In this document: in pieces, positions 1 to 11,814 of the stretch | How the letters are laid out: each line of letters opens with the position of its first letter | How positions within the stretch are numbered: the stretch's first letter is position 1 | NCBI RefSeq assembly: GCF_000737315.1 | Contig: NZ_JMCB01000002.1 | Coordinates: forward strand, 62,001 to 126,000 | Source: Hyalangium minutum | GTDB lineage: Bacteria > Myxococcota > Myxococcia > Myxococcales > Myxococcaceae | Direction: 5' to 3' | DNA length: 64,000 nt | Made by a program: the position numbers and the translations under genes | Notes under the pieces: model-generated | What the model saw: only the letters and a program-made list of their open reading frames with translations | Told to the model about the DNA's origin: nothing | The model's database searches: none

Positions 1-1
1 C

Positions 2-163
2 GACATGAGCATCGCCCGGGTGAAGGGCGCCCGCCGCGAGGTGCGCCGCGAGCTGGCCGAGGTGTCTCGTGCCCTGCTCGACGTGCACCGCCGGGATGCG
101 CCTCACCCCGCCGCGAGCTGCCCCCTGTGCACCGCCATCGAGAACCCTCGCAAGCCGGAGTAG
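2..163 (+). CDS. C-terminal fragment of a gene truncated by the window edge; possibly the transcriptional regulator of the downstream RND operon
   Basis: Open frame with high GC3 from position 2 to TAG at 161-163 (DMSIARVKGARREVRRELAEVSRALLDVHRRDAPHPAASCPLCTAIENPRKPE). It ends in H-x4-CPLC. The regulator role is inferred from position only. Confidence 0.4.
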   Translation, partial: DMSIARVKGARREVRRELAEVSRALLDVHRRDAPHPAASCPLCTAIENPRKPE

Positions 164-353
164 CAGCTTCAGCGGAAAGGTGTGTCTGACTGGAAACGGG
201 TTCCTCCGTTGCGGGCGGGCGTGCGTCCAGGGGCCCGCGTGGCCGAGTGCCCTGGCCCGTGGCGAAGGGCGGTGAGATCCGGGACCCCCCACCTTGGCGA
301 TGCCCTACCTACCAGGGTACGAAGGGGCCGCACTCGCACGCTTTGAGGAAACC

Positions 354-1463
354 ATGACGCCCTTCAGGACTCCGTCCGTTGCCCGCGTTCTTGCCGCTGC
401 CGTGGCCCTGGGCTCGGCCCTCTCGCTGTCCGCATGTGGCAAGGCGGAGGCCGCGGAGCAGGCACCCGCCACGGGCGCCGCGGCGGCTGTCCCGGTGGTG
501 AAGCTCACCGAGTCCCGCACCGCGCAGGCCACTCCGAGCGAGGAGGTGACGGGCACCCTCTATCCCTCCCAGGCGCTGCAGGTGGGCTTCGAGGTGGGCG
601 GCCGGCTGGAGACGGTGCTGGTGAAGAAGGGGCAGGCGGTGAAGAAGGGCCAGGTGCTGGCCACGCTCAATGGGGAGATCGCCGACGCCCAGGTGGCGCA
701 GGCCGAGGCCGCCGTGGCCGCCGCCGAGGCCGGTGCCGCCATCGCCGAGGACGTGGCCACCCGCACCTCGAAGCTTCAGGAGGCGGGCGGCGTGAGCGAG
801 CTGCAGAACCGCACCTCCACCACCACCGCGCAGCAGGCCAAGGCGCAGGTGCTGGCCGCCAAGGCGCAGCTGTCGCAGGCCCGCGCGGCCCGCCGCCGCC
901 ACGAGCTCAAGGCTCCCTTCGCCGGTACCCTCATCGACGCGCCCGAGCAGGTGGGCGCCACGGTGGCCCCGGGCGTGCCGCTGTTCACCCTGGAGTCGCT
1001 GGAGACGCTGGTGCTCAAGACGACGGTGGCCCAGCCGGTGCGCGGCGTGCTCAAGCCGGGCAGCAAGGTCCGCGTGGAGGCCGTGGGCGCGGGCACCTCC
1101 ACGGATGCCGCCGCGGTGAGCCTCATCCTCCCCTCCGCGGATCCGGCCACCCGCCGCATCCCCGTGGAGATCACCGTGCCCAACGCGGACGGCCGCTTCG
1201 TGGCCCACACGCTGGCCAAGGCCGTGCTCACCGTGGGCGAGCTGCAGGACGTGCACGTGCTCCCTGTCTCCGCGGTCTCCGCGGCCAACGGGGGGGATCA
1301 TGTCTACGTGGTGTCCTCCGCGGGCGAGGTGCGCCGCGTGGACGTGCAGATCATCGAGCGCCGGGCCCGCGAGGTGGTGGTGAAGGCCGCCTCGCCGCTG
1401 TCCAAGGTGATCGACTACCCCACCGCGGGCCTCCAGGACGGGGCCCGTGTCTCCGTGAAGTAG
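354..1463 (+). CDS. RND efflux periplasmic adaptor (membrane fusion protein), lipoprotein
   Basis: Lipobox LSAC, lipoyl/biotinyl-like GQAVKKGQVLATL, alpha-hairpin, LKAPFAGTL and DPATRRIPV motifs. ATG 354 has a GAGGA RBS; the ORF track starts earlier at 294. Confidence 0.92.
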   Translation: MTPFRTPSVARVLAAAVALGSALSLSACGKAEAAEQAPATGAAAAVPVVKLTESRTAQATPSEEVTGTLYPSQALQVGFEVGGRLETVLVKKGQAVKKGQVLATLNGEIADAQVAQAEAAVAAAEAGAAIAEDVATRTSKLQEAGGVSELQNRTSTTTAQQAKAQVLAAKAQLSQARAARRRHELKAPFAGTLIDAPEQVGATVAPGVPLFTLESLETLVLKTTVAQPVRGVLKPGSKVRVEAVGAGTSTDAAAVSLILPSADPATRRIPVEITVPNADGRFVAHTLAKAVLTVGELQDVHVLPVSAVSAANGGDHVYVVSSAGEVRRVDVQIIERRAREVVVKAASPLSKVIDYPTAGLQDGARVSVK

Positions 1464-1505
1464 GCCGCTGCTCTTCCGTTCCCTCGCAGCCTTCGCGAGC
1501 CTCCC

Positions 1506-4500
1506 ATGCTCCTGAGTGATGTCTCCATCCGCCGGCCCGTCTTCACGGGCATGATGTGCCTGTGCCTCACTGTCCTAGGGTTGATGGGGTTCAACCGCCT
1601 GGGGACGGATCTCTACCCGGAGATGGCGTTCCCCTTCGTGGTGGTCAACACCGTCTACCCAGGCGCGGGGCCAGGCGAAATCGAGACTCAGGTCATCAAG
1701 CCCATCGAGGACGCGGTGGCCGGCATCAGCGGCGTGGAGACCATCCACTCCTGGAGCCGCGAGAACTTGGGCACGGTGGCGGTGCAGTTCTCGCTGAACG
1801 TGGAGCTGGACGCCTCGGTGCAGGAGGTGCGCGACAAAGTGGCCAACGTGGCCAACGAGCTACCCCTGGACGCGGAGGCGCCCGTGGTCAGCGCCGTGGA
1901 CATCGGGGCCATCCCGATCCTCACGTACACCGTGTCCGCCGAGCTGCCCTCCCAGGAGCTGCGCAAGCTCGTCGAAGATCGCATCAAGCCGGCGCTGGCT
2001 CAGTTGGAGGGTGCCGCCGAGGTGCGCATCACCGGCGGTGACGTGCGGGAGATCCAGGTGGACATCGACCTGGAGAAGGCCAAGGCCCTGGGCGTGACGC
2101 CCATCGAGATTGCCCAGCGCATTGGCATGGAGAACCTGAACTTGCCGGCGGGCCGGCTGCAGCTGGCAGCCACCGAGCTGACGGTGCGCGCGCTCGGGCA
2201 GTTCCGCAACGTGGAGGAGCTGCGCGCCCTGCCCGTGGCCAAGAGCCGCAACGGCGCGCAGGTGCGCCTGGACGAGGTGGCCACGGTGACCGACGGGGTG
2301 GCCGAGCGCCGCACCACGGCGCGCCTCAACAGCCGTGACGCCATCATCGTCGAGCTGGTGAAGCAGCCGGGCGCCAACACGGTGAAGGTGAGCGACCAGG
2401 TGAAGAAGAAGCTGGAGGAAATCTCTCCCTTCATCGGCCATGGCTTCAAGGCCACGCTGCTCATCGACCAGTCGGGGCTCATCCGCGAGAACGCCAAGGA
2501 GGTGTGGATCGCCCTCGTCTTCGGTGGCGCCATGGCGGTGCTCATCATCCTGTGCTTCCTGCTGGACCTGCGCGGCACCCTCATCTCGTCGCTGGCGCTG
2601 CCCACCTCCGTGGTGGGCACCTTCTTCGTGATGTACCTGCTGGGCTACACGCTCAACCAGATGACGCTGCTGGCGCTGTCGCTGGCCATCGGCCTGCTCA
2701 TCGACGACGCGGTGGTGGTGCGCGAGGCCATCACCCACCGGCTGGAGAAGGGCGAGGAGCCGATGTCCGCCGCCTCGAACGGCACCAAGGACGTGGGCCT
2801 GGCGGTGCTGGCGACCACCTTCTCGCTCATCGCGGTGTTCGTCCCCGTGGGCTTCATGCCGGGCCTGGTGGGCCAGTTCTTCAAGCAGTTCGGCCTCACC
2901 ATCTCCGTAGCGGTGCTCGTCTCCCTGTTCATCTCCTTCACGCTGGACCCGGCGCTGTCGGCCCGGTTCGCCAAGGCGCGCAAGCCCGGCGAGGTGCACC
3001 GTCACGGCGCGGTGGCGTCCGCCATCCGCAACGTGCTGGATGGCTCCGAGCGCCTCTACGCGCGCATCCTGGGCTGGGTGCTGTCCAACAAGTGGAAGAC
3101 GATAGGCATCACCCTGCTGGTGGTGGTGGGCTCGTTCGCCGCTGCCAGCCGCCTGGGCATGGAGAACCTGCCGGCGGAGGACCGCTCGCAGTTCCTCGTG
3201 GACCTGCAGCTGCCGGACTCGGCCAGCCTGGCGGAGACGGAGGCGCGCACCGCCCAGGCCGAGGCGCTCATCCAGCGCGTCTCCGACGTGAACGACCTCT
3301 ACAGCATCGTCGGTCTCAACGGCGACGTGTACAAGGCGCGCATCCGCGTGCTCACCCAGCCCAAGGCGGCGCGCAAGCGGAGCCTCCAGGACATCAAGGA
3401 GGAGGTGCGCGGGCTGCTGACGTCCGGGCTCATCGCCACGCAGGTGAACATGTCGGATCCGCCCATGATCGAGGGGCTCGGAGACTGGTACCCCATCATG
3501 CTGCGCGTCACCGGCCCGGATCTGGCCGTGGTGAACGCGGAGGCCCAGCGCGTGGCGCAGACCCTGCGGGAGATTCCGGGCACCTCGGACATCCGCGTGG
3601 AGGCCAACCCCTCCAAGCCCGAGCTGCAGATCCAGATTGACCGGGCGCGCTCCTCGGACGCGGACCTGAGCGCCGCGAACCTGGCCACGCAGCTCCGGCT
3701 GGCCATTGGCGGAGAAGTGGCGGCCAAGCTGCGCGAGGGCACGGACGAGACGGACATCCGCGTGCGGTTGGAGGAGCAGGACCGGGCCACGCCCGAGAAG
3801 GTGCGGCAAATCGAGGTGTACACCCCGCGCGGCCCGCGGCCGGTGACGGACGTGGCAGAGGTGAGCCTGAAGGACGGGCCGAGCGTCATCGAGCATGAGA
3901 ACCGCCAGCGGACGATCGCCGTCATCTCTCAGGTGGCCCCGGGCGCGGCGCTGGGAGACATCGCCACGAAGCTCCGGGCGGCCATGGCGGCCAAGCCTCT
4001 GTCGGCGGGCTACACCCTCATCTACGACGGCCAGATCAAGAGCCTGGACGAGCAGACTGCGGCCTTCGGCTCGGCCCTGGGGCTCTCGTTCATCTTCATC
4101 TTCATGGTGCTGGCCAGCCAGTTCGAGTCCCTCAAGCACCCCTTCACCATCATGGTGGCGCTGCCGCTGGCGCTGGTGGGCGCGCTGCTGGCGCTGGTGG
4201 TGACGGGCAACCACATGTCCATGGGCGCGACCATTGGCATCATCCTGCTGATGGGCCTGGTGACGAAGAACGCCATCCTCCTGGTGGACGCGGCACTGCA
4301 GAACCTGCGCGCCGGGGACAGCGTGGACGAGGCGCTGCTGAAGGCGGGCCCGCGGCGCCTGCGGCCCATCCTCATGACGAGCGCGGCCATGGTCATCGCC
4401 ATGGTGCCCACGGCGGTGGGCACGGGCCTGGGCTCGGAGTTCCGCTCGGCCATGGCCATCGCGGTCATCGGTGGCGTCATCACCTCCACCTTCCTCACGC

Positions 4501-4640
4501 TGCTGGTGGTGCCGGTGGTGTTCGCGGGCCTGGAGCGCGTGGGCTTCCGCCGCAAGCCACGCAGCGGGTCCGGGGGAGGGGTGACACAGGCCGCGCAGGT
4601 GACGCACGTCTCGCCCCAGTCGGACGACAAGGCCGCCTGA
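1506..4640 (+). CDS. RND efflux permease (AcrB/HAE1-like)
   Basis: 1044 aa with the RND architecture. Proton-relay motifs [18 protein letters not shown] and RLRPILMT are intact. Confidence 0.95.
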   Translation: MLLSDVSIRRPVFTGMMCLCLTVLGLMGFNRLGTDLYPEMAFPFVVVNTVYPGAGPGEIETQVIKPIEDAVAGISGVETIHSWSRENLGTVAVQFSLNVELDASVQEVRDKVANVANELPLDAEAPVVSAVDIGAIPILTYTVSAELPSQELRKLVEDRIKPALAQLEGAAEVRITGGDVREIQVDIDLEKAKALGVTPIEIAQRIGMENLNLPAGRLQLAATELTVRALGQFRNVEELRALPVAKSRNGAQVRLDEVATVTDGVAERRTTARLNSRDAIIVELVKQPGANTVKVSDQVKKKLEEISPFIGHGFKATLLIDQSGLIRENAKEVWIALVFGGAMAVLIILCFLLDLRGTLISSLALPTSVVGTFFVMYLLGYTLNQMTLLALSLAIGLLIDDAVVVREAITHRLEKGEEPMSAASNGTKDVGLAVLATTFSLIAVFVPVGFMPGLVGQFFKQFGLTISVAVLVSLFISFTLDPALSARFAKARKPGEVHRHGAVASAIRNVLDGSERLYARILGWVLSNKWKTIGITLLVVVGSFAAASRLGMENLPAEDRSQFLVDLQLPDSASLAETEARTAQAEALIQRVSDVNDLYSIVGLNGDVYKARIRVLTQPKAARKRSLQDIKEEVRGLLTSGLIATQVNMSDPPMIEGLGDWYPIMLRVTGPDLAVVNAEAQRVAQTLREIPGTSDIRVEANPSKPELQIQIDRARSSDADLSAANLATQLRLAIGGEVAAKLREGTDETDIRVRLEEQDRATPEKVRQIEVYTPRGPRPVTDVAEVSLKDGPSVIEHENRQRTIAVISQVAPGAALGDIATKLRAAMAAKPLSAGYTLIYDGQIKSLDEQTAAFGSALGLSFIFIFMVLASQFESLKHPFTIMVALPLALVGALLALVVTGNHMSMGATIGIILLMGLVTKNAILLVDAALQNLRAGDSVDEALLKAGPRRLRPILMTSAAMVIAMVPTAVGTGLGSEFRSAMAIAVIGGVITSTFLTLLVVPVVFAGLERVGFRRKPRSGSGGGVTQAAQVTHVSPQSDDKAA

Positions 4641-4682
4641 GCCGGCCGGTCCGCCTCGGGCGCTGTGAGACGCCGCTCTGCC

Positions 4683-5432
4683 TCAGCCCGGGTAGAGCGG
4701 CGTCATCTTGTCGAGGATGGAGTTGAACAGGCGCTGGCCCTCCGGCGTGTCCGGGCACAGCCCGCCCCAGACGAGCGTGGTGCGATCGGCCATCGGCCGG
4801 AAGTACATCTTCCCGCGCATCCGCACGGGCTCGTAGCTCTCGCGCTGCTCGGAGAGGAAGCTCTCCTCGGGCACTCCGAAGACGGCGTAGTAGGTGAGGT
4901 CCGGCGTCACCGCGTCCTTCAGCCGGTGCAGGCCGCTGGGGATGATGCAGGCCACCTCGGCGGTGTGCCAGGGGCCCTCCTTGCCGCTGGTGGCCTCCTC
5001 CACGCGGAAGCACATCCGCGAGGGCGGGCAGCCCAGGTTGCCCGCGGTGAGGAAGTTGTAGTCCAGCCACGGCACCTCGAGCATCTCGTCCAGGTTGGGG
5101 CGCCCATCCCGGCGGAACCCCCACGGGCTCCCGTCCGGCTTGTACGCGCGCACCCCGTAGGCGCCGTAGAAGACGTTGTACCAGGGGCTTGCGGGGTCAA
5201 AGTAGCTGGAGCAGCCCCGGCCGTCGGTGAAGTCTCCGATGGAGAAGACCACTATCAAGTCAAACAGCCGCCGCAAGTCCTCGGCCATGAAGGGCTCATG
5301 GCCCACCGCGCCAATGGAACCTGTCAGGTGGGGAACAGGCGTGAGCACTCCTGAGTCGGCCAGGAAGTTCTTCTGGCCCGGCAGCGGCGTGGCGCGCAAG
5401 GCCATGGCGGCCAGCTCTCTTTGAAGACCCAT
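4683..5432 (-). CDS. Hypothetical protein (about 249 aa, aromatic-rich)
   Basis: ATG 5432 is preceded by GGAGG and codon usage is high-GC3. The longer N-terminus in the ORF track is antisense to the DUF2378 gene. Confidence 0.75.
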   Translation of the reverse strand: MGLQRELAAMALRATPLPGQKNFLADSGVLTPVPHLTGSIGAVGHEPFMAEDLRRLFDLIVVFSIGDFTDGRGCSSYFDPASPWYNVFYGAYGVRAYKPDGSPWGFRRDGRPNLDEMLEVPWLDYNFLTAGNLGCPPSRMCFRVEEATSGKEGPWHTAEVACIIPSGLHRLKDAVTPDLTYYAVFGVPEESFLSEQRESYEPVRMRGKMYFRPMADRTTLVWGGLCPDTPEGQRLFNSILDKMTPLYPG

Positions 5433-5474
5433 GAGACCCTCCAGGAAGCGAGCGGACGAGGGTAAACTACTCGC

Positions 5475-6026
5475 ATGCAGGAGAAGCTGGTCTTCGATCA
5501 GACCCTCGAAGGTCTGTTCGTCCGAGGACTGGACGGCCGGGTGACCCCAACACTCAAGCTGCACTTGAGGGAGGTGGGAGTGGACCTCGACCGCAAGCTT
5601 CTGCCTGCCTACCCCTTCGAGACGTGGTGCTCCTGTGTGCGTGTAGCTGCGCAAACGCTGTATGCGGAGACGCCCCAGGAAGAGGCCTACCGCGAGCTGG
5701 GGGAGCGGATGGTGGACGGCTACCGGGGGACGATGATGGGGCGGGCGCTGTTCAGCGTGCTCCAGCTGCTGGGCCCCCGGCGGGTGCTGAGCCGGGTGCA
5801 GCAGAGCTTCCGCTCGGGAAACAACTACACGGAGGTTCGCACCGAGGACTTGGGCCCGACTCACCTGCGGCTGTGGGTGAACGAGGCCGGGCCCACCCGC
5901 TATTTGATGCAGGGCGCCATCCTGGCGGGCATGCGAGGGTGTGGCGTCCAGGAAGCCCAGGTGCGGGTGCGCGGCTTCACCGCCGAGGACGTCACCTTCG
6001 AGGTGGAGTGGCGGGAGAAGGGCTGA
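5475..6026 (+). CDS. DUF2378 family (myxobacterial TIGR02265-like) protein
   Basis: EGLFVRGL...GVDLDRKLLPAYP...W...GRAL...FRSGNNYTE signature. Confidence 0.85.
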   Translation: MQEKLVFDQTLEGLFVRGLDGRVTPTLKLHLREVGVDLDRKLLPAYPFETWCSCVRVAAQTLYAETPQEEAYRELGERMVDGYRGTMMGRALFSVLQLLGPRRVLSRVQQSFRSGNNYTEVRTEDLGPTHLRLWVNEAGPTRYLMQGAILAGMRGCGVQEAQVRVRGFTAEDVTFEVEWREKG

Positions 6027-6133
6027 GCCTGGCCCCTCGTGCAGCAGGCGACGTGGCGTGAACTCTTCAGGGGCCGTTGAGAGGGCGCGGTGATAAGGAC
6101 CTTCTGACTGTTCTCTGGAGTCAGGCCTATCCC

Positions 6134-9100
6134 ATGTCCAGGATGATGTCCGTGCGGGGTTACCCCGCCCTCTCCCAGTTCCGCAGGGACAAGCTGCTCG
6201 CCCTGTGCCGCGAGCACGTGCCCGAGGCGGCCTCCGTCTACGCGGAGTACATGCACTTCATCGACACCTCGTCCGAGATGTCCGAGGACGAGAAGTCCGT
6301 GCTGTACCGCCTGCTCGAGTATGGCCCGCGCATTCCGCAGGGCGTGTGGACAGGCAGCCGGCTCATCGTCATTCCGCGGCCCGGGACGATGACGCCCTGG
6401 TCCTCGAAGGCGACGGACATCGCGCGGAGCTGTGGCCTGGAGCGGGTGAAGCGCATCGAGCGAGGGCTGTGTTTCTTCGTCCATGACAGCGAGGAAGGCC
6501 CGCTGACGCGCGAGCAGATGGAGCGCCTGAAGCACGTGCTGTACGACCGGATGACGCAGACGGTGATCTGGCGGATGGAGGATGCCGCGCAGCTCTTCGC
6601 TGATCACCCGCAGCGGCCGCTCTCCACGGTGGACGTGCTGGGAGGAGGCCGGCCCGCGCTGGTGGCGGCCAACCAGGAGCTGGGGCTGGCGCTGGCGGAC
6701 GACGAGGTGGACTACCTGGTGGCGCGCTTCGGCGAGCTGAAGCGGAACCCCACGGACGTCGAGCTGATGATGTTCGCGCAGGCGAACAGCGAGCACTGCC
6801 GGCACAAGATCTTCAACGCGAGCTGGACCATCGATGGCAAGCCGCAGGAGCGCTCGCTGTTCCAGGCCATCAAGAACACGTACGCGGCGCACAGCGAAGG
6901 CGTGCTGTCGGCGTACAAGGACAACGCGGCGGTGATCCAGGGTGTGGAGGCGGAGCGCTTCTTCCCGGATCCGGAGACGGGCGAGTGGCGTTCACGGCGT
7001 GAGCCCACGCACGTGCTGATGAAGGTGGAGACGCACAACCACCCGACGGCCATCTCTCCGTATCCGGGGGCGGCGACGGGAGCGGGCGGGGAGATCCGCG
7101 ACGAGGGCGCCACGGGGCGGGGCGCGAAGCCGAAGGCGGGGCTCACGGGCTTCTCGGTGTCGCACCTGCGCATTCCGGGCTACGAGCGGCCCTGGGAGAA
7201 GGCCTACGGCAAGCCGGTGCGGATTGTCTCCGCGCTGGACATCATGCTGGAGGGGCCGATTGGCGGGGCGGCGTACAACAACGAGTTCGGTCGGCCGAAC
7301 TTGTGCGGCTACTTCCGCAGCTTCGAGGCGCAGGTGTCCACGCCGGAGGGTATGGAGGTGCGCGGGTACCACAAGCCCATCATGATTGCGGGCGGCCTGG
7401 GCAACATCCGGCCGCAGCACGTGCAGAAGGGGAAGCTGCGGGCGGGGGACAAGATCGTCGTGCTCGGCGGGCCGGCGATGCTGATTGGCCTGGGCGGAGG
7501 GGCGGCCTCGTCCATGGCGCAGGGCTCGAGCGCGGCGGACCTGGACTTCGCCTCGGTGCAGCGGGACAACGCGGAGATGGAGCGGCGGTGCCAGGAGGTG
7601 ATCGACCGCTGCTGGGCGCTGGGGGAGCTGAACCCCATCCGGTCCATCCACGACGTGGGGGCAGGCGGTCTGTCGAACGCGGTGCCCGAGCTGGTGCACG
7701 ACAACGCGCTGGGCGGGCACTTCGAGCTGCGGGCAATTCCGAACGCGGAGCCGGGGATGTCCCCGGTGGAGATTTGGTGCAACGAGGCGCAGGAGCGCTA
7801 CGTGCTGGCGGTGGCGCCGGAGGACCTGGAGCGCTTCGCGGCGCTGTGTGAGCGGGAGCGCGCGCCGTACGCGGTGCTGGGAGAGGCCACGGCGGAGCAG
7901 GCGCTGAAGCTGGGGGACTGGCACTTCGGCAATACGCCGATCAACCTGCCGATGGACGTGCTGTTCGGCAAGCCGCCGAAGATGCACCGGGACGTGAAGT
8001 CTCGGCCGCTGACGCACGTGCCGGTGAGGCTGGACGGAGCGGAGCTGGGGGACATGGTAGCGCGGGTGCTGGAGCACCCGACGGTGGCGGACAAGTCGTT
8101 CCTCGTCACGATTGGGGATCGGACGGTGTCGGGGCAGACGGCGCGGGATCAGATGGTGGGCCCGTGGCAGGTGCCGGTGGCGGACTGCGCGGTGACGGCG
8201 ACGACCATCACCAGCCACACGGGCGAGGCCATGGCAATGGGAGAGCGGACGCCGCTGGCGCTCATCAGCGCGGCGGCCTCGGCGCGGATGGCGGTGGGCG
8301 AGGCGGTGACGAACATCGCGGCGGCGCGCATCGAGAAGCTGTCGGACGTGAAGCTGTCGGCGAACTGGATGGCGGCGGCGGGGAGCCCGGGCGAGGACGC
8401 GAACCTCTACGCTGCGGTGCACGCGGTGGGGATGGAGCTGTGTCCGTCGCTGGGGCTGACCATTCCGGTAGGCAAGGACTCGATGTCCATGCGCACGGCG
8501 TGGGAGGAGAAGGGTGGACGCAAGGCGGTGGTGGCGCCGGTGTCGCTCATCGTCTCGGCGTTCGCGCCGGTGGTGGACGTGCGGCAGTCGTTGACGCCGC
8601 AGCTGCGCGAGCCGGCTGGAGACACGCGGCTGCTCTTCATCGACTTGGCGAAGGGGCGGCAGCGGCTGGGTGGCTCGGTGCTGGCGCAGGTCTACGAGCA
8701 GGTGGGGGCGGAGTGCCCGGACGTGGAGGATCCGGCGCTGCTGCGAGGGTTCTTCGCGGCGCTGCAGGAGCTGAACGCGGCGGGGCGGGTGCTGGCGTAC
8801 CACGACCGCTCGGATGGAGGTCTGCTGGCGACGCTGGCGGAGATGGCGTTCGCGGGCCACTGCGGGCTGGACGTGGACGTGGCGGCGCTCGGAGGGGAGG
8901 CTCCTGCGGCTCTCTTCAACGAGGAACTGGGAGCGGTGCTGCAGGTGCGCGCGGCGGACGTGGGGAGCGTGCGCGAGGTGCTGGTGCGGCACGGGGCGCT
9001 GGTGCACGAGCTGGGGCGGCCTCGGGCGGAGCTGGAGGTGCGGCTGCGGCAGGGCGGGAAGACGCTGCTCGAGGTGCCGACGATGGCGCTGCGGCATTAC

Positions 9101-10036
9101 TGGTCGCGCGTCAGCTACGAGATGCAGAAGCTGCGGGACAACCCGCGCTGCGCGGAGGAGGAGTACGCGGCGAAGTGCGACCCGGACGATCCGGGCCTGT
9201 CGCCGAAGCTCACGTTCGATCCGAAGGAGGACGTCGCGGCGCCGTACATTGCCAAGGGGGCGAAGCCTCGGGTGGCAGTGCTGCGTGAGCAGGGTGTGAA
9301 CAGCCAGATGGAGATGGCGGCGGCGTTCACGCGTGCGGGCTTTGCGGCGGTGGACGTGCACATGAGCGACGTGCTGGCCGGGCGCGTGTCGCTGAAGGAC
9401 TTCAAGGGCGTGCTGGCGTGCGGAGGGTTCTCCTTCGGCGACGTGCTGGGAGCCGGTGGAGGGTGGGCGAAGTCCATCCTCTTCAACCCCAGGGCGCGGG
9501 ACGAGTTCTCGGCGTTCTTCGCGCGGCCGGACAGCTTCGGGCTGGGCATCTGCAACGGTTGCCAGATGATGGCGCAGCTGAAGGAGATCATCCCGGGAGC
9601 GGATCACTTCCCGCGCTTCGTGAGGAACGCGTCAGAGCAATTCGAAGCGCGGCTGTCCCTGGTGGAGGTAGCGGAGAGCCCCTCGCTGTTCTTCAAGGGG
9701 ATGGCAGGGAGCCGGATGCTGATCGCCGTGTCGCACGGTGAGGGGTTCGCGGAGTTCCCCAACCGGGAGGAGGCGGCACGGGTGAACGGGCTCGGCCTGG
9801 TGACGGCGCGCTTCGTGGACAACCACGGTCAGGTGACGGAGAAGTACCCGGCGAACCCGAACGGCTCACCGTTTGGCCTGTGCGGACTGACGACGGTGGA
9901 CGGGCGTTTCACGCTGATGATGCCGCATCCGGAGCGGGTGCACCGGACGGTGCAGCACTCGTGGCATCCGGACAGCTGGGGCGAGGACGGCCCGTGGATG
10001 CGCCTGTTCCGCAACGCCCGGGCGTGGCTGGGCTAA
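6134..10036 (+). CDS. purL: Phosphoribosylformylglycinamidine synthase, large single-chain type
   Basis: [25 protein letters not shown] and [11 protein letters not shown] motifs, plus a fused glutaminase domain with CNGCQ and HPE. Start taken at ATG 6134. Confidence 0.97.
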   Translation: MSRMMSVRGYPALSQFRRDKLLALCREHVPEAASVYAEYMHFIDTSSEMSEDEKSVLYRLLEYGPRIPQGVWTGSRLIVIPRPGTMTPWSSKATDIARSCGLERVKRIERGLCFFVHDSEEGPLTREQMERLKHVLYDRMTQTVIWRMEDAAQLFADHPQRPLSTVDVLGGGRPALVAANQELGLALADDEVDYLVARFGELKRNPTDVELMMFAQANSEHCRHKIFNASWTIDGKPQERSLFQAIKNTYAAHSEGVLSAYKDNAAVIQGVEAERFFPDPETGEWRSRREPTHVLMKVETHNHPTAISPYPGAATGAGGEIRDEGATGRGAKPKAGLTGFSVSHLRIPGYERPWEKAYGKPVRIVSALDIMLEGPIGGAAYNNEFGRPNLCGYFRSFEAQVSTPEGMEVRGYHKPIMIAGGLGNIRPQHVQKGKLRAGDKIVVLGGPAMLIGLGGGAASSMAQGSSAADLDFASVQRDNAEMERRCQEVIDRCWALGELNPIRSIHDVGAGGLSNAVPELVHDNALGGHFELRAIPNAEPGMSPVEIWCNEAQERYVLAVAPEDLERFAALCERERAPYAVLGEATAEQALKLGDWHFGNTPINLPMDVLFGKPPKMHRDVKSRPLTHVPVRLDGAELGDMVARVLEHPTVADKSFLVTIGDRTVSGQTARDQMVGPWQVPVADCAVTATTITSHTGEAMAMGERTPLALISAAASARMAVGEAVTNIAAARIEKLSDVKLSANWMAAAGSPGEDANLYAAVHAVGMELCPSLGLTIPVGKDSMSMRTAWEEKGGRKAVVAPVSLIVSAFAPVVDVRQSLTPQLREPAGDTRLLFIDLAKGRQRLGGSVLAQVYEQVGAECPDVEDPALLRGFFAALQELNAAGRVLAYHDRSDGGLLATLAEMAFAGHCGLDVDVAALGGEAPAALFNEELGAVLQVRAADVGSVREVLVRHGALVHELGRPRAELEVRLRQGGKTLLEVPTMALRHYWSRVSYEMQKLRDNPRCAEEEYAAKCDPDDPGLSPKLTFDPKEDVAAPYIAKGAKPRVAVLREQGVNSQMEMAAAFTRAGFAAVDVHMSDVLAGRVSLKDFKGVLACGGFSFGDVLGAGGGWAKSILFNPRARDEFSAFFARPDSFGLGICNGCQMMAQLKEIIPGADHFPRFVRNASEQFEARLSLVEVAESPSLFFKGMAGSRMLIAVSHGEGFAEFPNREEAARVNGLGLVTARFVDNHGQVTEKYPANPNGSPFGLCGLTTVDGRFTLMMPHPERVHRTVQHSWHPDSWGEDGPWMRLFRNARAWLG

Positions 10037-10053
10037 AGGACGGCTTCACGGGC

Positions 10054-10620
10054 TCAGGCCCGGTGGCTGCTCTCGCCCGTCACGACGGCTGAGCCGATCA
10101 GGTGCGCCAGCCGGAGCGGCTCCGGCACGTGCCCCCGATCCGTGACTCGCGCGAGCGCCTCGGCCACCTCGGAGGGCTCCGCTCCCTGCACCTGGAAGGT
10201 GAAGCCGCCTACCTGATGGATGGGGCCCGCCCGCCTCAACAATGCCAGACGTTGCTCTGCGCGGGGCAGTCGCCGCAGGGCTTGCTCCACGGCCGCCAGA
10301 TCCGGCATGCGCCGCATCACCGACACGCACGGACGCTTCAGGCGCGCCGCCAGCGCTGGCAGGTCCACCACGTTGAAGCCACCGAAGGCAATTCCATCCA
10401 GCAACACCAGGTGGAGCTGCGGGAGGAACTTGCCGCCCTCCAGCAGCCGGCACACCTCCTGTGTCGCCGTCCACCCGTCCTTGCGCACCCGTCCCCAGAC
10501 GAGCCCCTCGAAGCGCGTGCCGCTGCACACCACCCCCACCACGGGCACCACGGCACCCGGGCGGCGCTGGAAGGGCGCGTCGTCGAAGCCGATGACACGA
10601 GGCAAGCGGGGCAGTCGCAT
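10054..10620 (-). CDS. DUF99/UPF0215 family protein (endonuclease V-like fold)
   Basis: VIGFDDAPF, DGIAFGGFNVVD and C-terminal PEPLRLAHLI motifs. Confidence 0.85.
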   Translation of the reverse strand: MRLPRLPRVIGFDDAPFQRRPGAVVPVVGVVCSGTRFEGLVWGRVRKDGWTATQEVCRLLEGGKFLPQLHLVLLDGIAFGGFNVVDLPALAARLKRPCVSVMRRMPDLAAVEQALRRLPRAEQRLALLRRAGPIHQVGGFTFQVQGAEPSEVAEALARVTDRGHVPEPLRLAHLIGSAVVTGESSHRA

Positions 10621-10641
10621 GGAAGGAGTCTGCGCTCTCTC

Positions 10642-10684
10642 AAAAAAACGGAAGCCCGACCACCGAGAAGGGGGCCGGGCTCCG
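10642..10684 (-). terminator. Rho-independent terminator after the cold-shock gene
   Basis: GC-rich imperfect stem (ggaagcccgacc / ggccgggctcc) followed on the minus strand by a T7 run. Confidence 0.7.
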
Positions 10685-10706
10685 GAACATCACCTGGGAG
10701 TGCGTC

Positions 10707-10910
10707 TCAGGCGGCGCGGACGTTCTGCGCCTGCAGGCCCTTGGGGCCCTTGGTGACCTCGAACTGCACCTTCTGGCCCTCGGCCAGCGTGCGGAAGCCA
10801 TCCATGTTGATCGCGGTGTGGTGGACGAACACGTCCTCACCTCCGCCATCCTGGGTGATGAAACCGAAGCCCTTCGCGTCGTTGAACCACTTCACAGTAC
10901 CAGTTGCCAT
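10707..10910 (-). CDS. Cold-shock protein (CspA family)
   Basis: 67 aa: [18 protein letters not shown] (RNP1) and VFVH (RNP2). Confidence 0.97.
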   Translation of the reverse strand: MATGTVKWFNDAKGFGFITQDGGGEDVFVHHTAINMDGFRTLAEGQKVQFEVTKGPKGLQAQNVRAA

Positions 10911-11158
10911 GAACCTTCTTCTTTCGTTGCAAGGCGGCTTTCACCGCCCTTCATTCATACCCAGCACGCTGGGTGAGCGCTCACGTAGCCCGACTCTCCC
11001 AGAAAGTCGAGAGGGCGGCAGTGGAAGCGTCGAAAAAGAGGAGAGGCTGAACAGCTCTCCGTGAATATTCCAACACCAGAAGCAGGCAGGCACGCGTGGG
11101 TACGCGCGCGGGCGCCGAGTGCATAGCTTGAAGGGCTAAAACCTCTCAGGAGTCTCGG

Positions 11159-11707
11159 ATGGCCGAGCTGAACCCTCTCCAAGACACGCACCCCTCGCGG
11201 GAAAGCCTTTCACGCGCGGTCTCCCAGGCCCTGCGCCACGTTTGGGATCGCAGCGCCGCGGCAGGCATTGTCTCCCAGCCGCTCGCGGGAGGACGGCTGC
11301 CGCTGCGCCGCTGGCTGCCCCAGGGCGCACACTCGCTGCTCGATATCGCGGCGGGGGTGGCGGTGGCGCTCGCGGGACAGCTCTCCGGGGACCGCACAGC
11401 TCAGCGCGTCAGCCGGCTGTTGGGACTGAAGCTCGTGGGCACCACCCTGCTCACGGACAGCCAGGTGACGCTCTCTCGCCTGGTGCCCATCGAGCTGCAC
11501 GAGCTGGTGGACTACGGCTGGGGGCTCGCCACCCTGGCCGCGCCCTTCGTGGGGGGCTACGCGCGCAGGGCTCCTGGGGCCACGGCGGTGCACGTGCTGG
11601 CGGGAACGGCCGTCATCGTCGGCTCGCTCGTCACGGACTATCGCTGCCGCAGCGGCATGCACTTGGGCCACGAGCGCATCACGGATCCGGGGCCTCTCAG
11701 CGCATGA
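11159..11707 (+). CDS. Membrane protein, SPW-repeat-like
   Basis: Two internal repeats of H-x3-D followed by TM helices and ending in LxTD(Y). Confidence 0.65.
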   Translation: MAELNPLQDTHPSRESLSRAVSQALRHVWDRSAAAGIVSQPLAGGRLPLRRWLPQGAHSLLDIAAGVAVALAGQLSGDRTAQRVSRLLGLKLVGTTLLTDSQVTLSRLVPIELHELVDYGWGLATLAAPFVGGYARRAPGATAVHVLAGTAVIVGSLVTDYRCRSGMHLGHERITDPGPLSA

Positions 11708-11737
11708 GCGACCGAGGCGTGAGGCCCTGAAAAGCGA

Positions 11738-11769
11738 AGCGGCAGGGCACCCGGAGGCACCCTGCCGCT
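11738..11769. terminator. Hairpin between convergent genes, probable terminator
   Basis: Perfect 10-bp arms agcggcaggg / ccctgccgct. Confidence 0.6.
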
Positions 11770-11814
11770 CGTGAAGCTCAGGGAAGCGGGAGCCTCAGGC
11801 CCCCGCTCTCGGGA

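Noticed and set aside
1860-4607. Long antisense or alternate-frame ORFs (e.g. 1860-4607, 6992-9607, 11821-14298, 19273-25695, 30066-32435, 43452-46088, 49864-52587, 62950-63819)
   Set aside because: They are shadows of well-supported genes, expected in high-GC DNA, and have no motifs of their own.
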